Shown here: positions 1 through 12,123 of the stretch, piece after piece
How positions within the stretch are numbered: the stretch's first letter is position 1
Layout of the letters: each line of letters starts with the position of its first letter
Assembly (NCBI GenBank): GCA_026026165.1
Contig: JAPEUD010000005.1
Location: 496,001 to 560,000, forward strand
DNA length: 64,000 bases
Source: Sarea resinae
Lineage: Eukaryota
Direction of reading: 5' to 3'
Position numbers and translations under genes: made by a program
Notes under the pieces: model-generated
Told to the model about the DNA's origin: nothing
What the model saw: only the letters and a program-made list of their open reading frames with translations
The model's database searches: none

Positions 1-20
1 CATTGATCCCCGTGAGGGAC

Positions 21-1719
21 ATGGCCAAGTACGAGAAGGTGGACATGGACATTGAAAGCGAGGAGGATTATGACGATGTTCCTGCGGGGAACACCAAGGC
101 CGAGAAGAGGCAGTTGATGATCATCTACGTCTTGTTCTTGACAGAAGCGTAAGTCCATTGGTCTAACTCTAGAGGCTGATATATCTCTACGATCTAATAT
201 ACTAAGACCTTTCCAGGGTCATGGCTGCTTCGCTCCAGCCCCAATTGAAGATGCTAGTTGCGAAGGACGATTTCTGTGGCAACCTCTCGACATCCTATCT
301 GAGGAGCATCCTCGATTGCGCATACGCATTCGGTGGCATCGCCGGCATATTCTGGGGATGGCTTTCGGACAGGATCGGACGGAGACCCGTCGCTCTTACT
401 GGCGTCATCGGCATGTCTGCTTGCTGCTTGAGCATGGGATTCGCTACAAGCCTTCCCGTCTGTGCTGCGATCCGACTTTTGGCTGGACTGATTAGTTCTG
501 CTGTCCCAGTCACTGCCTTGACAATGATTGGAGACCTTAGCCACAGCCCTAGCGCGAGGTCAAAGAATATCGCGCGTCTGCCCCTCATCGCCGTGTGCGG
601 ATCCGTTGGGCCGCTGGTACAGGCAATGGTCACCGGTAGCATCAAGGCTAGTGGAGAAATCTGGCAGCGATTCCCGATCCTAAGCAGCGAGATTGCCTGC
701 TCCAGTCTAGTATTCCTGATTGGCTTTACAGCATACTTTATGCTGGATGAGGTGAGATTCTTTGAACCAGTTCAATGCTATCCCGAGACTTCGAGATTCC
801 TTATACACTTGTGGGTTATATTTGAAGAGAGCGTTTAGCTAATCTATTCGGTCAGACACTGCCTGGACTTGCTTCCCCGAACAAACCTATAACCATGGAG
901 TCCTCTGACGTTGATTGCGAGAAGGCTGCTTTCCTTGGCCAAGAGTCTCAGGACGAGCAAATGATGAACCCGACCATTCGAATTGTTGATTCCACTGGTC
1001 CTGAGCCGATCTCCGTCCGCCAAATCATCAAGGCGCCATCTTTGATCGTTCTGCTCTCATCCTTCTCTCTTCTATCGCTTCACGCTTCGACCTTTGACAC
1101 TCTTCTCCCGCATCTCGGTCACAGCAGCACCCGCCACGGCGGTATGGGAATCCCCTGCTCAGTCCTCGGCTTTGTCGTGCTTCTGCTTCGCGCTGTTGCC
1201 GGCCTACTCATTCTGATCACAATCCCCAAAGCCGTCGAGCGCATCGGACTTCTCAAGCCATATCGCATGTTCTCCTTGGCCTTCCCAGTCATATATGTTG
1301 CGACTCCCGTCTTTGCATACATGGCTATGTGCTCGGCCATGCCGACCGCCATCAGCGCTACCCTGGCGATTCTCTTCAAGAACATCTTCGCTGGAAGTGC
1401 GCAGACGCTCGTCGCACTGCTCATGCTCAATGCTGCTCCGGATGCCTACTCATCGGGCACCATTGTTGGGTGGATGCAGTGCGCATCGTTCTTCAAGGCT
1501 CTCGCGGTTGCTGTGAGCGGTGCCAGCTTCTACGTCAGTTCGGACCTCAGCATCACGTCGACCAACTACGCGCTCTGGAGTAGTCTGACGGCCTTTAGCG
1601 TCATCGGCGCTGCCTTGGCCTGGTTTGTGCGAGAGAGGCCAAGCGTGGAGCAGGATTTCCCCAGTGAGGTGCTGAAGTGGGAGACCTGCTTTGACGCGGA
1701 TGGGGAAGGTGCCGTGTAG
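21..1719 (+). CDS. MFS transporter, 3 exons (21-148, 217-751, 856-1719); frame is open to the window edge, so possibly 5'-partial
   Basis: MFS motif A-like WGWLSDRIGRRPV and many hydrophobic segments in ORFs 221-838 and 895-1719; GT-AG introns at 149-216 and 752-855 join them in frame. Confidence 0.85.
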
Positions 1720-3096
1720 AGGAACCGTGGGCGTCGAACTGCTTTCGTATCACGACCGCCATGCCTCTGGTTCTCTTTCTATTTGGCGACTCGCGTTCTT
1801 TTTCGAGCAAGCTCGCTTGCCCTATCTTGCCTGACCATACTACCCGTTCTACTGTTCATGTTCTCGAATCGTCCGCTGAGCGAGTCTCTTCCTCCACACT
1901 CCTTTACGAGATTCCAAGATATATACGTTTTTGATTCCCCTTCATACTTTGGTCGCGACCCAGTCCATGGCTCGATTCTCCTTTGCTTTCTCCGAACCAT
2001 GTTGCCGTCGGTACCGTTTCGTACAGTATCCAATTCATCGAGTTTAAGCGTGCGGCCCAGATGAGTCAAGTGTATCTGTCGTCCCGTAGCGAAGTCGTCG
2101 GAGCCTCTAGACTTCTTCGGTCGGGCTGAAACGTGCATGTGGGTGATGGTGCCTGCACGTCACGTCCTAGCGCCAGACATGCGAGATGGCTACCTCTAGA
2201 GTACCTTAGGTCCCCTACGGTATGAATCACCGTTGGCCGCGTCCTGGTTGTTGTCGTTACCTCCCTCTTGCTGTTGTTGATCGCCTAGCCATGGCACATG
2301 TTGCCGGAAAGCACCCAGTCAGGTGAATACGGGATGAGACTCTTCGAACCTGTAGGACGGTCTCGAACGGCTTCGACTCACGTTCTATGAGTTCGAGGAT
2401 GCATCCATCCCTCATCAGGTCGTACCTGACTAAGGTAAACTACCTCGGTCACTAAGGTATCTAGTACCTGTCAAGAGAGCAGTGCGCGTCGGGGAGGTTG
2501 ATCATGACGGATTCGGAAAAGAGTAAACAGTAGGATGGATGCACATGCATACTCTGTTTCCTTCATCTTTGTCTCGCTCCCCTTCGCTCCCCTTCCGCTC
2601 CGGGGGTGTGAATGTGGTGCGTGTGTGCGTGCTGGGGGGCGTTTGCGCGTGTGGTGTCCACTGAACTACCTCCCTCTACCTGAGCCGACCTATTTCCATT
2701 CCCAGTTCCGCCCCTCGGGCTCCCCATCCCCACCTCGCGACTGATGACTCCCACCTTCCACCCTCCCCCCCCTTCCTTCCCAGCTCTGGCTCGCGTCGTC
2801 GTTTCAGCTTTCTTCCTCCTGCTGTTGCGAAGCGACCACACCTGGCGTACTTTGTACGTATTGGGACTAAGGTGCCGTGGTCATCACAACAAATGACCTC
2901 CGTACCTTCCATACCTTCCATACCTACCGAAACGTGCCTTCCTCAGCTCTTATTCACGCGTGGCCACCATCCATCCTCTCTCACCTCTCACCTTCTCGTC
3001 ACTCCCTACCTACTTACCTTCCGCTTGCCACCTCCACCACCACCAGCAGTTCTTCCTGACTTGATCAAAATCATCATCATTGCCGTCATCGTCGTC

Positions 3097-4859
3097 ATGT
3101 CGCTAAAAGCTGTCTATCAGCAATTCCTGGCGAGCCCTTCTGCCGCCGCTCTCGCCGAGGATGCCTCGATCAATTACATTACCACCTTGACCAGTATCCA
3201 TGAATCTTCCGCCATCTACAAGCACCTGATGAGCCAGAGCAAGGACTTGAAGAAGAAGGAAGAGAAGGTGCTCAACTCGATCGAAGATCAATACGGCATC
3301 TGCATAGAGGTCGAGACCACTCTGGAATTCATCGCGAGTGGTGGAGCTTATCTGCCAGGCCTCGATGACAATTTCCTGGCCGATCGTGTCGTGACTTTCC
3401 CAATCGTGAGTTTCCGATGTTGTATCGTCTCCATGCGCGTCCGCTGATGTGATCCATTTCCTTGCTATAGATACATATTGTCCGATTTGATGCACAGCGG
3501 AAGATCCAGCAAATCCGCATGTACTGGGATCAAGGGTCGCTTCTGAAACTGGTCGACGTCATTGGATCTCGTGCGCGCAACTGGCCCATCCAGGATGGAA
3601 AGGATCAAGCGCGCCTCGTTGCCTCGAGTGTTGCCGCTGCCAATGCAGCCAACGGAAATAGTTCGGAGCCTACGACAGCTAAACCTCACAAGCAAAGCAT
3701 CAGTGCCACTGGCGACCCTCATGCCAGCCTCTCTTTGTTCGGCCCCAGAATTGCGGATGACGAAGCTTCCTATCCCGCACCAATCGCACCAAGAGCTTCG
3801 GCGAAACCGCCGCCACGAGACTACGGAGACTTGTTCGCAGGAGGCGAGTCGGCTACAACCACTACTCTCCGTGGACGTGGACAATTCAATGGGAGTACTG
3901 GAGCTTCGCATGACGAGCCGATCGCTCCGAAGGGCGGCGCCGGCAGAAATTACCAACCTTCACGTCTCTTTGACATGGACGAGCCAGCACCAGGAACGCC
4001 TCAAGACCCCAAGGAGAAGAGATATCAGCCGCATCCAGCCAAATACAATCACTTCGACTTTGGTGAACCCGATGCCGGTGCCGACATCAAGAAGGCCATT
4101 CCGGCCCGTCCGAAGACGGACAAGCATCAATCGCAGTGGGACTTTGAGGATTTTGTGACTCCGCAGAAGCTACCAACCAAGGTTCGTGGGCAAGATGTTC
4201 GCCACTTTGGATGGAGCGACGATGACGGTGAGAACATGGAATCCCCCGGCAAGCATCCCCATGTTCCTCAACCCAGACGGGATGCCGAGACCCATTTCGA
4301 GTTCCAGGACGACGGCACGCCAGAAGGAGCACGCCGACCGGCTGGTCGGCCAAGGGGTACTGCGCATAATGCAGGATTGGGCTTATACGAGAACAATCTC
4401 TATGAGGACGACCAGAGCAGCGCCGAAAAGCCAGGCGCACAGAAACAACCTTTGACCACCGTTCCCAACGTGAACAAGCATCACAAATATTTTGACTCAC
4501 AGTTCACGTTGACGGATGAATCGCCGTCCACCAAGGATGCCGAGAACAACGAGAACCAACCGATCCCTGAAGATCGCAAAAAGGCCGTCAAAATGATGGA
4601 CGCCAGCTGGGACACGTATGACCAGTCTCCCGAGCCGGTAAGGAAAGTGGCTCCCGCGAATGGGACCAAAAAGAATGCATTTAATACGGGCATCAAGACC
4701 GGCGGTGATGGGATGGGTGGGCGAAAGGACGCTGGGAGGAGCTGGGGTTTCGGTGACGATAGCGACGAGGAGAGTACAGCGCGCGGGGTTAAGAACAACT
4801 TCGTAGCAGGGAAGAAGCAGCAGGCGCCCGCCGAGGAAAAGGGCTTTTGGGACTTCTAG
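3097..4859 (+). CDS. Conserved fungal protein with N-terminal NTF2/SnoaL-like domain and long disordered C-terminus
   Basis: Exon 3097-3405 (MSLKAVYQQFL...GGAYLPGLDDNFLADRVVTFPI), intron 3406-3470, then IHIVRFD...IRMYWDQGSLLKLVDVIGSRARNWPI, which resembles an NTF2-like fold. Confidence 0.75.
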
Positions 4860-5309
4860 ACGCGCTGAGCGTGCGATACCATACTTACGATCCAAAAATA
4901 CGATGTCATGAGGCAAGGCAGCCCGGGCGATATGATTTACGGTCTCATACGGTTGCTTAGATCACCCATCACCTTCTCTTTCTGTTGCAGCTTGTAGCTC
5001 TTCGTCTTCTTTGCTTTCTGTCATCCATCACGAGACTCTACCTCAGTCTCTCTTTCCTTGTCTCTCCGTCACGCAGCATTTCGCTTCTCTAGATGTGTTT
5101 ATAAGCGTTCAATTCACTTGACGCCCTGGTCCGGGCCCTTCGTTCTCTATGCCAGCTCGAGTTCCTCCGTGTACTGATTCTTGAAGCCTCGTGACCGACA
5201 GGCAACATTTGGCCCCTGTCTCTGCTAGCCGGTTCCTGTCCAGCTCCGGGTCATCTGAGATGGCTCGAAATGCTCCGCACGTTTCGCTTTGACGTCCTCT
5301 TAGATTGCT

Positions 5310-8300
5310 TTGACTCTGTATCATCTTTGCTTGTCCTCGACACCGAAGGGGTGGCGTATTCCGTGGCCAGCTGTACTGTCCGGCCATGGCGTGCTGAATC
5401 GATTCAAAGCCATCAGGGTCAAGCCCGGAAGAAGACGCTTATTGGGGCACATCAGCCGTTCCTTCTCCGGGTATAAGTCTGACTTCCAGGTGGTAGGTGG
5501 ACCTCATTGCAAAGTTCCGATGCACATACTGACTACCCAACCCCCGGTACTTCGACCTTTCCACTGGGCAGCTGGAGGCATGTCGAATGACGTCCCCATC
5601 ATCGACTTCGAACATGCAGATGCATCACTCCGCTCGGACGGACTGTGGAGCGGCAGAACTGAAAGATGCCTGCCTTTTACAATGCTCTCTCTCAGGCTGC
5701 AGTAAGAATCTCGCAGATCACCGTTGGGGATCGGAGGCATGATCAGTATTGACGAGCATATAGAGATCCAACGGCCGTCTTCTGTTGGGACACAGCCACC
5801 GCAAGGAAAGGCACGAGAACCTAGAGCACCAGCACCGCGAGGAACAGGACAAACCACAAAGCCTTTATCAGCAGAAAGAGCCAAGATCAGAGCACTGTCT
5901 GCTTAGGGAAGCAAGCCTCAACTTTTTCCCGAGAGAAGACGACACCATCTTCGCGGCACGACGGCATAGACACAAGGCAGCTTCATCAATCGCTAGCACC
6001 ATCACTACAAACACAACTACCACTACCATCAACCTGCCCGGGACGGCGTCGTCCTTTTACACTGTCAAATCTGACGCCGATCGATCGTCTGTCCATATTC
6101 GAGAGCACCACGAATCTGCCCGCAAAGCAGCAGCCGAACCTAAAGATATACCAGCATGGGAAAATTGGCTGAGATGCTACTCCGAGGTTCCCACATACCA
6201 CATTGCCTCTCTCTCTATTTTCCACTAACCCGACTTGTTGGCCGCATAGGGCCAGTACAACATCTCGCAGCCTCCCCGGCCCCCACCACGCAAGTCCCAG
6301 CTTCCCTTTCTGCCCGCTCCTACCTCGTCGCACGAACATGCTCGTCTCAAAACCGTTCATGAATTGGACGTCCACCACGCGCCACATATCAAAGAACGCA
6401 TGCGCGGTATCGTGCAGCATGCCATGAGCGTCTTCGACATTGAGTTTGCGGCCCTGAGTTTTATTGACAAAGATTACGAGATCTTGCAGGCTGAGGCTGG
6501 GTACGGGTGTGGGTTTCTGAAGAGGGTGGAGAGCATTGCTGCGCATGTGATCTTGGGGGGCGGAGAGCAGGTGTTTGTGATTGCAGATGCTACAAAGGTA
6601 TTGATAATAACGGGCATAATCTTCATGTCTCCTCCAGCTCACATGTCTTGTCAAAGCAAATAGCTTGTTCACACATTCTACTCTCCCCGAAAAGGCTTTA
6701 CTAATTACATGTTTCACTTTTTGTAGGACTGGCGTACCGCCCGTAACCCTTTTGTACAGAGCTCTCCCTACATCGCCTTCTATGCCGGTGCATCCATGAT
6801 ATCCAGGAACGGCTCTGCTTACGGAGTACTCAGTATCTTCTCCCCTTCAGCATCCTCCTGCTCCTGCTCGACTACCTCCTTGGCTGCAGGCGCAGATACC
6901 AGACCACGCTTCCATCCATCAGAGCGCTATAAGCTCGCTGCAATGGCGCGCAGTGCGGGATTAGAGATTGAATGCATGATACGAGACTCTGGCTGTCCAC
7001 GTCGCAACGCCCCTCGGTTGCCCCTTGAACTTTCGCACTCTCGAGCAAAGTCTCGTCTCTCGTCAGTGGTAGACAAACATCAAAACCCGGCCACGGCTGG
7101 AGCTGAGAGCCTGCCGGCGCAGGTGGGGACAAAAACATCACGCCCGCACCACTTTTCCGTTTCTTCTTCTGATTCAACAATCACCTTGTCACCGCTGTTT
7201 TCTCCGCGGCTTTCTACCACTGCTTCGTCTTCTATTGCCTCTTCAAGCCAGGCCTCACTACCGCCATTGCCACTGTCGTTGCCGCCTCCTTCGCCTCTTC
7301 TCCCATTGTTGCAACCATCCACTACTGCCAACTCCGGCCGAGATTTAATCTCTGGTTTTCTCCGAGGGCCTAATCCAGAGGCTGTGTTTGCGCTAAATAT
7401 GATTGCTAAGGAACTAGGCTTTGGGCTCATTGCTCTTGTGGCACTTGGAAATGACGGTTGGGGGAGTGCGGGTGAAGATGCGCCTGAACATGGGAAAAAT
7501 GATATTGCTATGAATGGGGGGGAGGGTATAAGGGTTCTACTCTCATCCTCGCTTCAAGGCCCGTCTTCTCTATCGTTGTCGTCGGCATTGGCAATGCGAG
7601 CCAGCACACCACCTCCAGAACGCCACGCGCGTGGCTCTAGCGGGGGATTCGAGGAGATCAAAGACCTGTGTTCGCGCGCCCTCACGCACCGCGCCGGCCA
7701 TGCTACGTTTCAGCTCCAAACCGCCTCCCTGGATCCTACTACTGCTCCTCCTCCTCCTCCGAGCCCTGTTCCGAGCTCTGTCTGTCTTCCGCGCTATAGT
7801 AGCTCGACGGCCTCGGAGCACGATCTATCGACTTGTAGCCAGAGCCGTTATAGCCTTGGTGGCGATGGCGGGAGTCACTATGGGTATGACTACGACTACG
7901 GTTCACGGTCTAGCGAGAGAGGGGGGCCCTACGGAGTCGATGCCCAGGCGGAAGCGAGTGCGAAGGAGATGCGCGTGCGGGGTCTTTGCGTCCGTGTCTG
8001 TCTGCTGGGGGCTAGCGCTGGGCTTGTTTTTGATGAGGGGATGTCTGCCGCTGCTGCTGCTGCTGCGGATGGCCAAACCGGGCGTGAGCGAGACGGAGAG
8101 TTGGGAACAGGGGTGAAGGCGGGCGGTATCCTCATGCTTGCTCTGTCCTCTTCTGCCGCTTCCCATGCTCATCATCAACAGCCGCGCGAATCTGGTCAGA
8201 GGGAGCAGAGCAGCAGTGTACGAGCGCGAGCATCGACTGCTTCTCGAGAGTGGGGTGGCGGGGCCAGGTGTAGTGGTAAGGAGCGAGAGAAGGGGGGAAG

Positions 8301-8601
8301 ACGAGCTGGAGGTGGAGGTGGAGGTGGAGGTGGAGATGAGTATGAATATGGTTATGAGCATGAACCTGGATATGAACATGCATGGAAACAGGACCAGCAG
8401 AGAGAAAGGAACCGCGCGCAAAGCCGACAGCACCAACAACAACAGCAGCAGCAGCAGCAGCAACGAGAAGAACGACAGCAGGAACAACAGCGGGAAGGAG
8501 ATCGAGATCGAGACAGCGAGAACGAAGCTAGTCTCCTGGCTCTGGCTCTGGCTCTGGCTCGGCGGGCGGCGCTCTTTCGGGAGTTGTTTCTCCCCTTTTG
8601 A
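5310..8601 (+). CDS. GAF-domain protein with low-complexity C-terminus; 5' end uncertain
   Basis: Spliced reading WENWLRCYSE|GQYNISQPP...EHARLKTVHEL...AALSFID...ESIAAHVIL...VIADATK|DWRTARNPFVQSSPYIAFYAGASM...YGVLSIF matches the GAF signature (D-W-R-x-x-N-P...F-Y-A-G-A). Introns ~6187-6249 and ~6598-6727; a possible upstream intron at 5702-5765. Confidence 0.7.
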
Positions 8602-8675
8602 TCGCTGGGTCGGTGGGGTGGGCGGTTCTTGGTCGTGGTTCTTAGTGGTGATATTGGTTAGGATAGGGTCAGACT

Positions 8676-9147
8676 GAGCTGAGCTGAGATGAGCGGAGAT
8701 GAGATGAGCTGAGCTGAGCTGGGCGGAAAAAGGCAGTCAGGCAGGGCTAAGATGGGAGATGGGAAATAACGGACAGGTATAGGGTATAGGTATAGGGTAT
8801 AGGTATAGGTATAGGTATAGTATTAGTCAGAATAGTATTAGTTAGAATAGGATAGGTTAGGTTAGGTGAGAATAGTATAGGTTAGGAAAGAATAGGAGTT
8901 TACTGTACGGTATAGAGCCTTACTCTATAGGATGTAGGTGTTAGAAGAGGGTGGAATAGGAGAGGATATAGAGGAGAGAAGAGAAGAGGAGAGGAGAGAG
9001 AAGAGAGGATAGAGAATAGAGAGATTAGAATAGAATGAAAATTACTAGAGTGTTATACTGACATAGAGTCTAGTCTAGTATAGCTTACTTAGGTACCTTA
9101 GGTATAGGAGATGATATTCTAAGAGAGAGGTAGCTAGTACAATATAG

Positions 9148-9190
<43 letters not shown>

Positions 9191-9447
9191 CTACTATAAC
9201 TACTAACTTAGCTATATCACTACGTATAACTCCTCTCTCTGATTATAGAGGTAAAGAAAAACTAAAGTTTCTTACTAATTAGTGCTTCTTCTCTAGGTAG
9301 AAATACAGAAATAAAATTACAGAATCACTAGTGCTAGTGCTAAACTCGTTGATACCTGACTGTTCTATTGTCCTAGTCTTACTAGACGATTGTCCTAGTT
9401 GACTTTATTAGACTCTAGTGCTTCTTGATATTATTTACTTACTTACT

Positions 9448-9501
<54 letters not shown>
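8676..9501. repeat. Microsatellite cluster: (CTGAG)n, (GGTATA)n, (AG)18 at 9152-9187, (TTAC)n, (CT)19 at 9451-9488 followed by (AT)n
   Basis: Simple repeats read directly from the sequence, set in a TpA-rich, C-poor background. Confidence 0.95.
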
Positions 9502-9959
9502 CTTCTTCAGAATCTGTCCTGAGAGATCCTAAGAGTATCAAGTCTAGTTACAAGAAATTGAATTGTATAATAAGGCATGTGAATGTGATAGATATGTGAT
9601 CCAATGAATAACAAGGGAAGGATAGGGAGAAAAGGAGAGAGAGAGAGAGTAAGAAGGAGAAGGAGGAGGAGGAGAAGTTGATAATTCTGGAATTGGAACG
9701 GAATAGAAGTAATAGGATACACCAACTACGACGAAGGTCTATATTCCTCTCGATGCCAATCGCTCTGCCAGTCACAAATTGATCCTGATCCAAGTGCCGT
9801 ATACCCTACAACGCCCGAGCCTGGGGAAACCGCATTGACAGCCTGAATGATTATCGAATGCCATGCTGTGGTCTGGTCTGGTCTGCCCTAATCCAATTCC
9901 AATCCAATCCAATCCAACAGTACACCATCAGCCATGCTCGACTCCCCCTAAAACCAACA

Positions 9960-11489
9960 CTAAAACCCCACAAAACAGTCCTCGGCCTCCTCCACCGCCA
10001 AGCCGTCGCCGCCCCACTCGGCCCCGCTCCCGACCACACAATCCTCGAACGCCACCGCGCTGCTGACCTTGGCCTTGCCCGCGACCTGGAACGCCGCCGC
10101 CGCCTCCCTCCAGAACGACGTGGACCCCGTTTCTGCCGCCGCCGCCGCCGCCGCCGCCGACGAGCGCGGCGGTGCCATGGGTGAGTGGCCCGCGTGGATG
10201 GTTTCTTCGAGCCGCAGTCGCCGTCGACGTCGTCGGCGGCAGTGGCCGTCGATAGCCTTGATCACGCGCAGCTGTACGCCCTGCAGCCGTGGCGGGTCGA
10301 GCCCCGTGCATGCGTCTGCGAAGAGCCGGATCAGTTCCAGGAGGCCGTGCGTGCCTTCTTGGGCGTAGTCGTCGTAGTCGACGTGCGGGCTGGGGAACGA
10401 GAGCGTCATCGTGACCAAGTGGGGTTGCGGGGCCAATGCCTGCTGCTGCTGCTGCTGCTGCTGCCACTGTGTCACGGTGGAGCGGAGCATCACGAGGTGT
10501 TCGGCCGGGTACGCGGGCCGCAGGAAGAAGTGGACATTTTCCAGCCTGGGCAGGCGGTGCAGGAGAGACAGCTCTATCGGTGGGCTGTCATCCGCGGGAT
10601 GCGAGTCCAGTGTTCGCACGAGCAGGTGCAGGTCCATGTTCAGCGTCCGGAGCGAGTCGCCGTGCCGCGCTGCAAGGGCGTCGACTTGCGCGCCGATGGC
10701 CTGCACGTCGGAGACGTGGAGATAATGGCGGCATGTCCAGCTCAGGCGGGTCAGGGGCGGGAGCGCGAGGATCGTGGCCGGCGACAGATGAGCCAGTGCC
10801 GTGGTGGTGCAGATGGAGAGGGAGGTCAGACGGGGGAGAGAGCTTAAGCATGTGAGGGCGCTTGTTGGTGTCGGCGGGAGGAAGAGCCGGAGACAGCGCA
10901 GATTTTGGAGGCGGGAGAAAAAGTCCGCCGGCGGAGTCGATGGCGCGTCCACCTGTTGCGCGGCGGTCGGGGCATCATAGATGGCGGGACTCTCGTAGGA
11001 CAGATGCGTGAGTTGATTGAGAGAGGCAAGCGCAGCGGCGAGCGAATCGTGGCCTGGTGCGAAGATGATTTCGTTCCAGGACTGCGTACTCGACTGATGG
11101 GCGAGTCGGAGGCGGCGCAGCTGCGGCACGGACCGAAGAACGTCCGCCCAGGCTGCGGCAGCTATGGCACGGCCTTGTGGCCCAATGTCCGACGAGAGAA
11201 AGGAGGCGTGGAGCACGAGACTGCGAATATGTGTGGCATTGGCCGGGCCGAGAGAGCGGAGCCAGAATACGGATCGATGCGGCGCAGAGAGCTGAAACGT
11301 GACACTCCCGTAGAGGTAGGTGGCTGCCTCTTGTGAGATCTGACGGCAGGTGAGGAGGAGTGGGTACAGCGGTTGCGGGACGCAAGGCGAGTCCGGATAG
11401 AAAGGGCGGGTTTCCGTGGCGGAGATGTGCTGGTAGATCTTATCGCGGAGTTCGCGGGGGAGATCGAGGAAGCTGATGGACGTGCCCAT
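9960..11489 (-). CDS. F-box-like / leucine-rich-repeat-like hypothetical protein (single exon, 509 aa)
   Basis: N-terminal SFLDLPRELRDKIY and LLLTCRQISQEA are typical of fungal F-box-like proteins; repeated LxxLxL segments; polyQ, polyR and polyA near the C-terminus. Confidence 0.7.
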   Translation of the reverse strand: MGTSISFLDLPRELRDKIYQHISATETRPFYPDSPCVPQPLYPLLLTCRQISQEAATYLYGSVTFQLSAPHRSVFWLRSLGPANATHIRSLVLHASFLSSDIGPQGRAIAAAAWADVLRSVPQLRRLRLAHQSSTQSWNEIIFAPGHDSLAAALASLNQLTHLSYESPAIYDAPTAAQQVDAPSTPPADFFSRLQNLRCLRLFLPPTPTSALTCLSSLPRLTSLSICTTTALAHLSPATILALPPLTRLSWTCRHYLHVSDVQAIGAQVDALAARHGDSLRTLNMDLHLLVRTLDSHPADDSPPIELSLLHRLPRLENVHFFLRPAYPAEHLVMLRSTVTQWQQQQQQQQALAPQPHLVTMTLSFPSPHVDYDDYAQEGTHGLLELIRLFADACTGLDPPRLQGVQLRVIKAIDGHCRRRRRRRLRLEETIHAGHSPMAPPRSSAAAAAAAAETGSTSFWREAAAAFQVAGKAKVSSAVAFEDCVVGSGAEWGGDGLAVEEAEDCFVGF

Positions 11490-12123
11490 GGTCGATGGTG
11501 TCCGCCAGCATGACTATGACCAGAAAAGCGCAAAGCTAGCAGGGCAGACCTCGCTCTTGGACGCCCTTGACTCTGATAGTAGCATGATGAGTCTTGCTGA
11601 GTTGGTTTGACATGAAATCGATATTGATGTTGATGTTGATGTTGATGTTGATGCTGGCATCGATAAGCTCTACGCAGTACCCCGAGTAGCGCTTAGCGAT
11701 AACGATAAGAGTTGCCCCTGAAAGCGGGGTGAGTCGTGACATGCAGACTCCTATCGGGACCATTCCGACGATATGTTTGTGTATCACATCAGCTTCCATA
11801 CCCATACACATCTATCTTCATTATCGATCTCATACCATTCTTCGACACAGTGGTAACGAACAAGATAATCAGGCAGACTGTAAGATGTACACGAATAGCT
11901 ACTCGGCTAGGTAGATAATCAAAGACGATGGTACGACAACGCCAAGTCTGGACCGCGAGCCCTCCAGACCCTACCATCCCATTCTACGTACAAGCATGAC
12001 AAGGTATCTCGAATCCGTCCCTTTTCCTTTCCTGCAACTCATACAGACACAACCATATACAAGTACCCTTACGCCCGTCACACATATCGAGAACAAGTTG
12101 CCGCACGTCATCAGATAGCACCA

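Noticed and set aside
8780..8890. Telomeric repeat or interstitial telomere
   Set aside because: Repeats are GGTATA and GGTTA variants, not a TTAGGG array.
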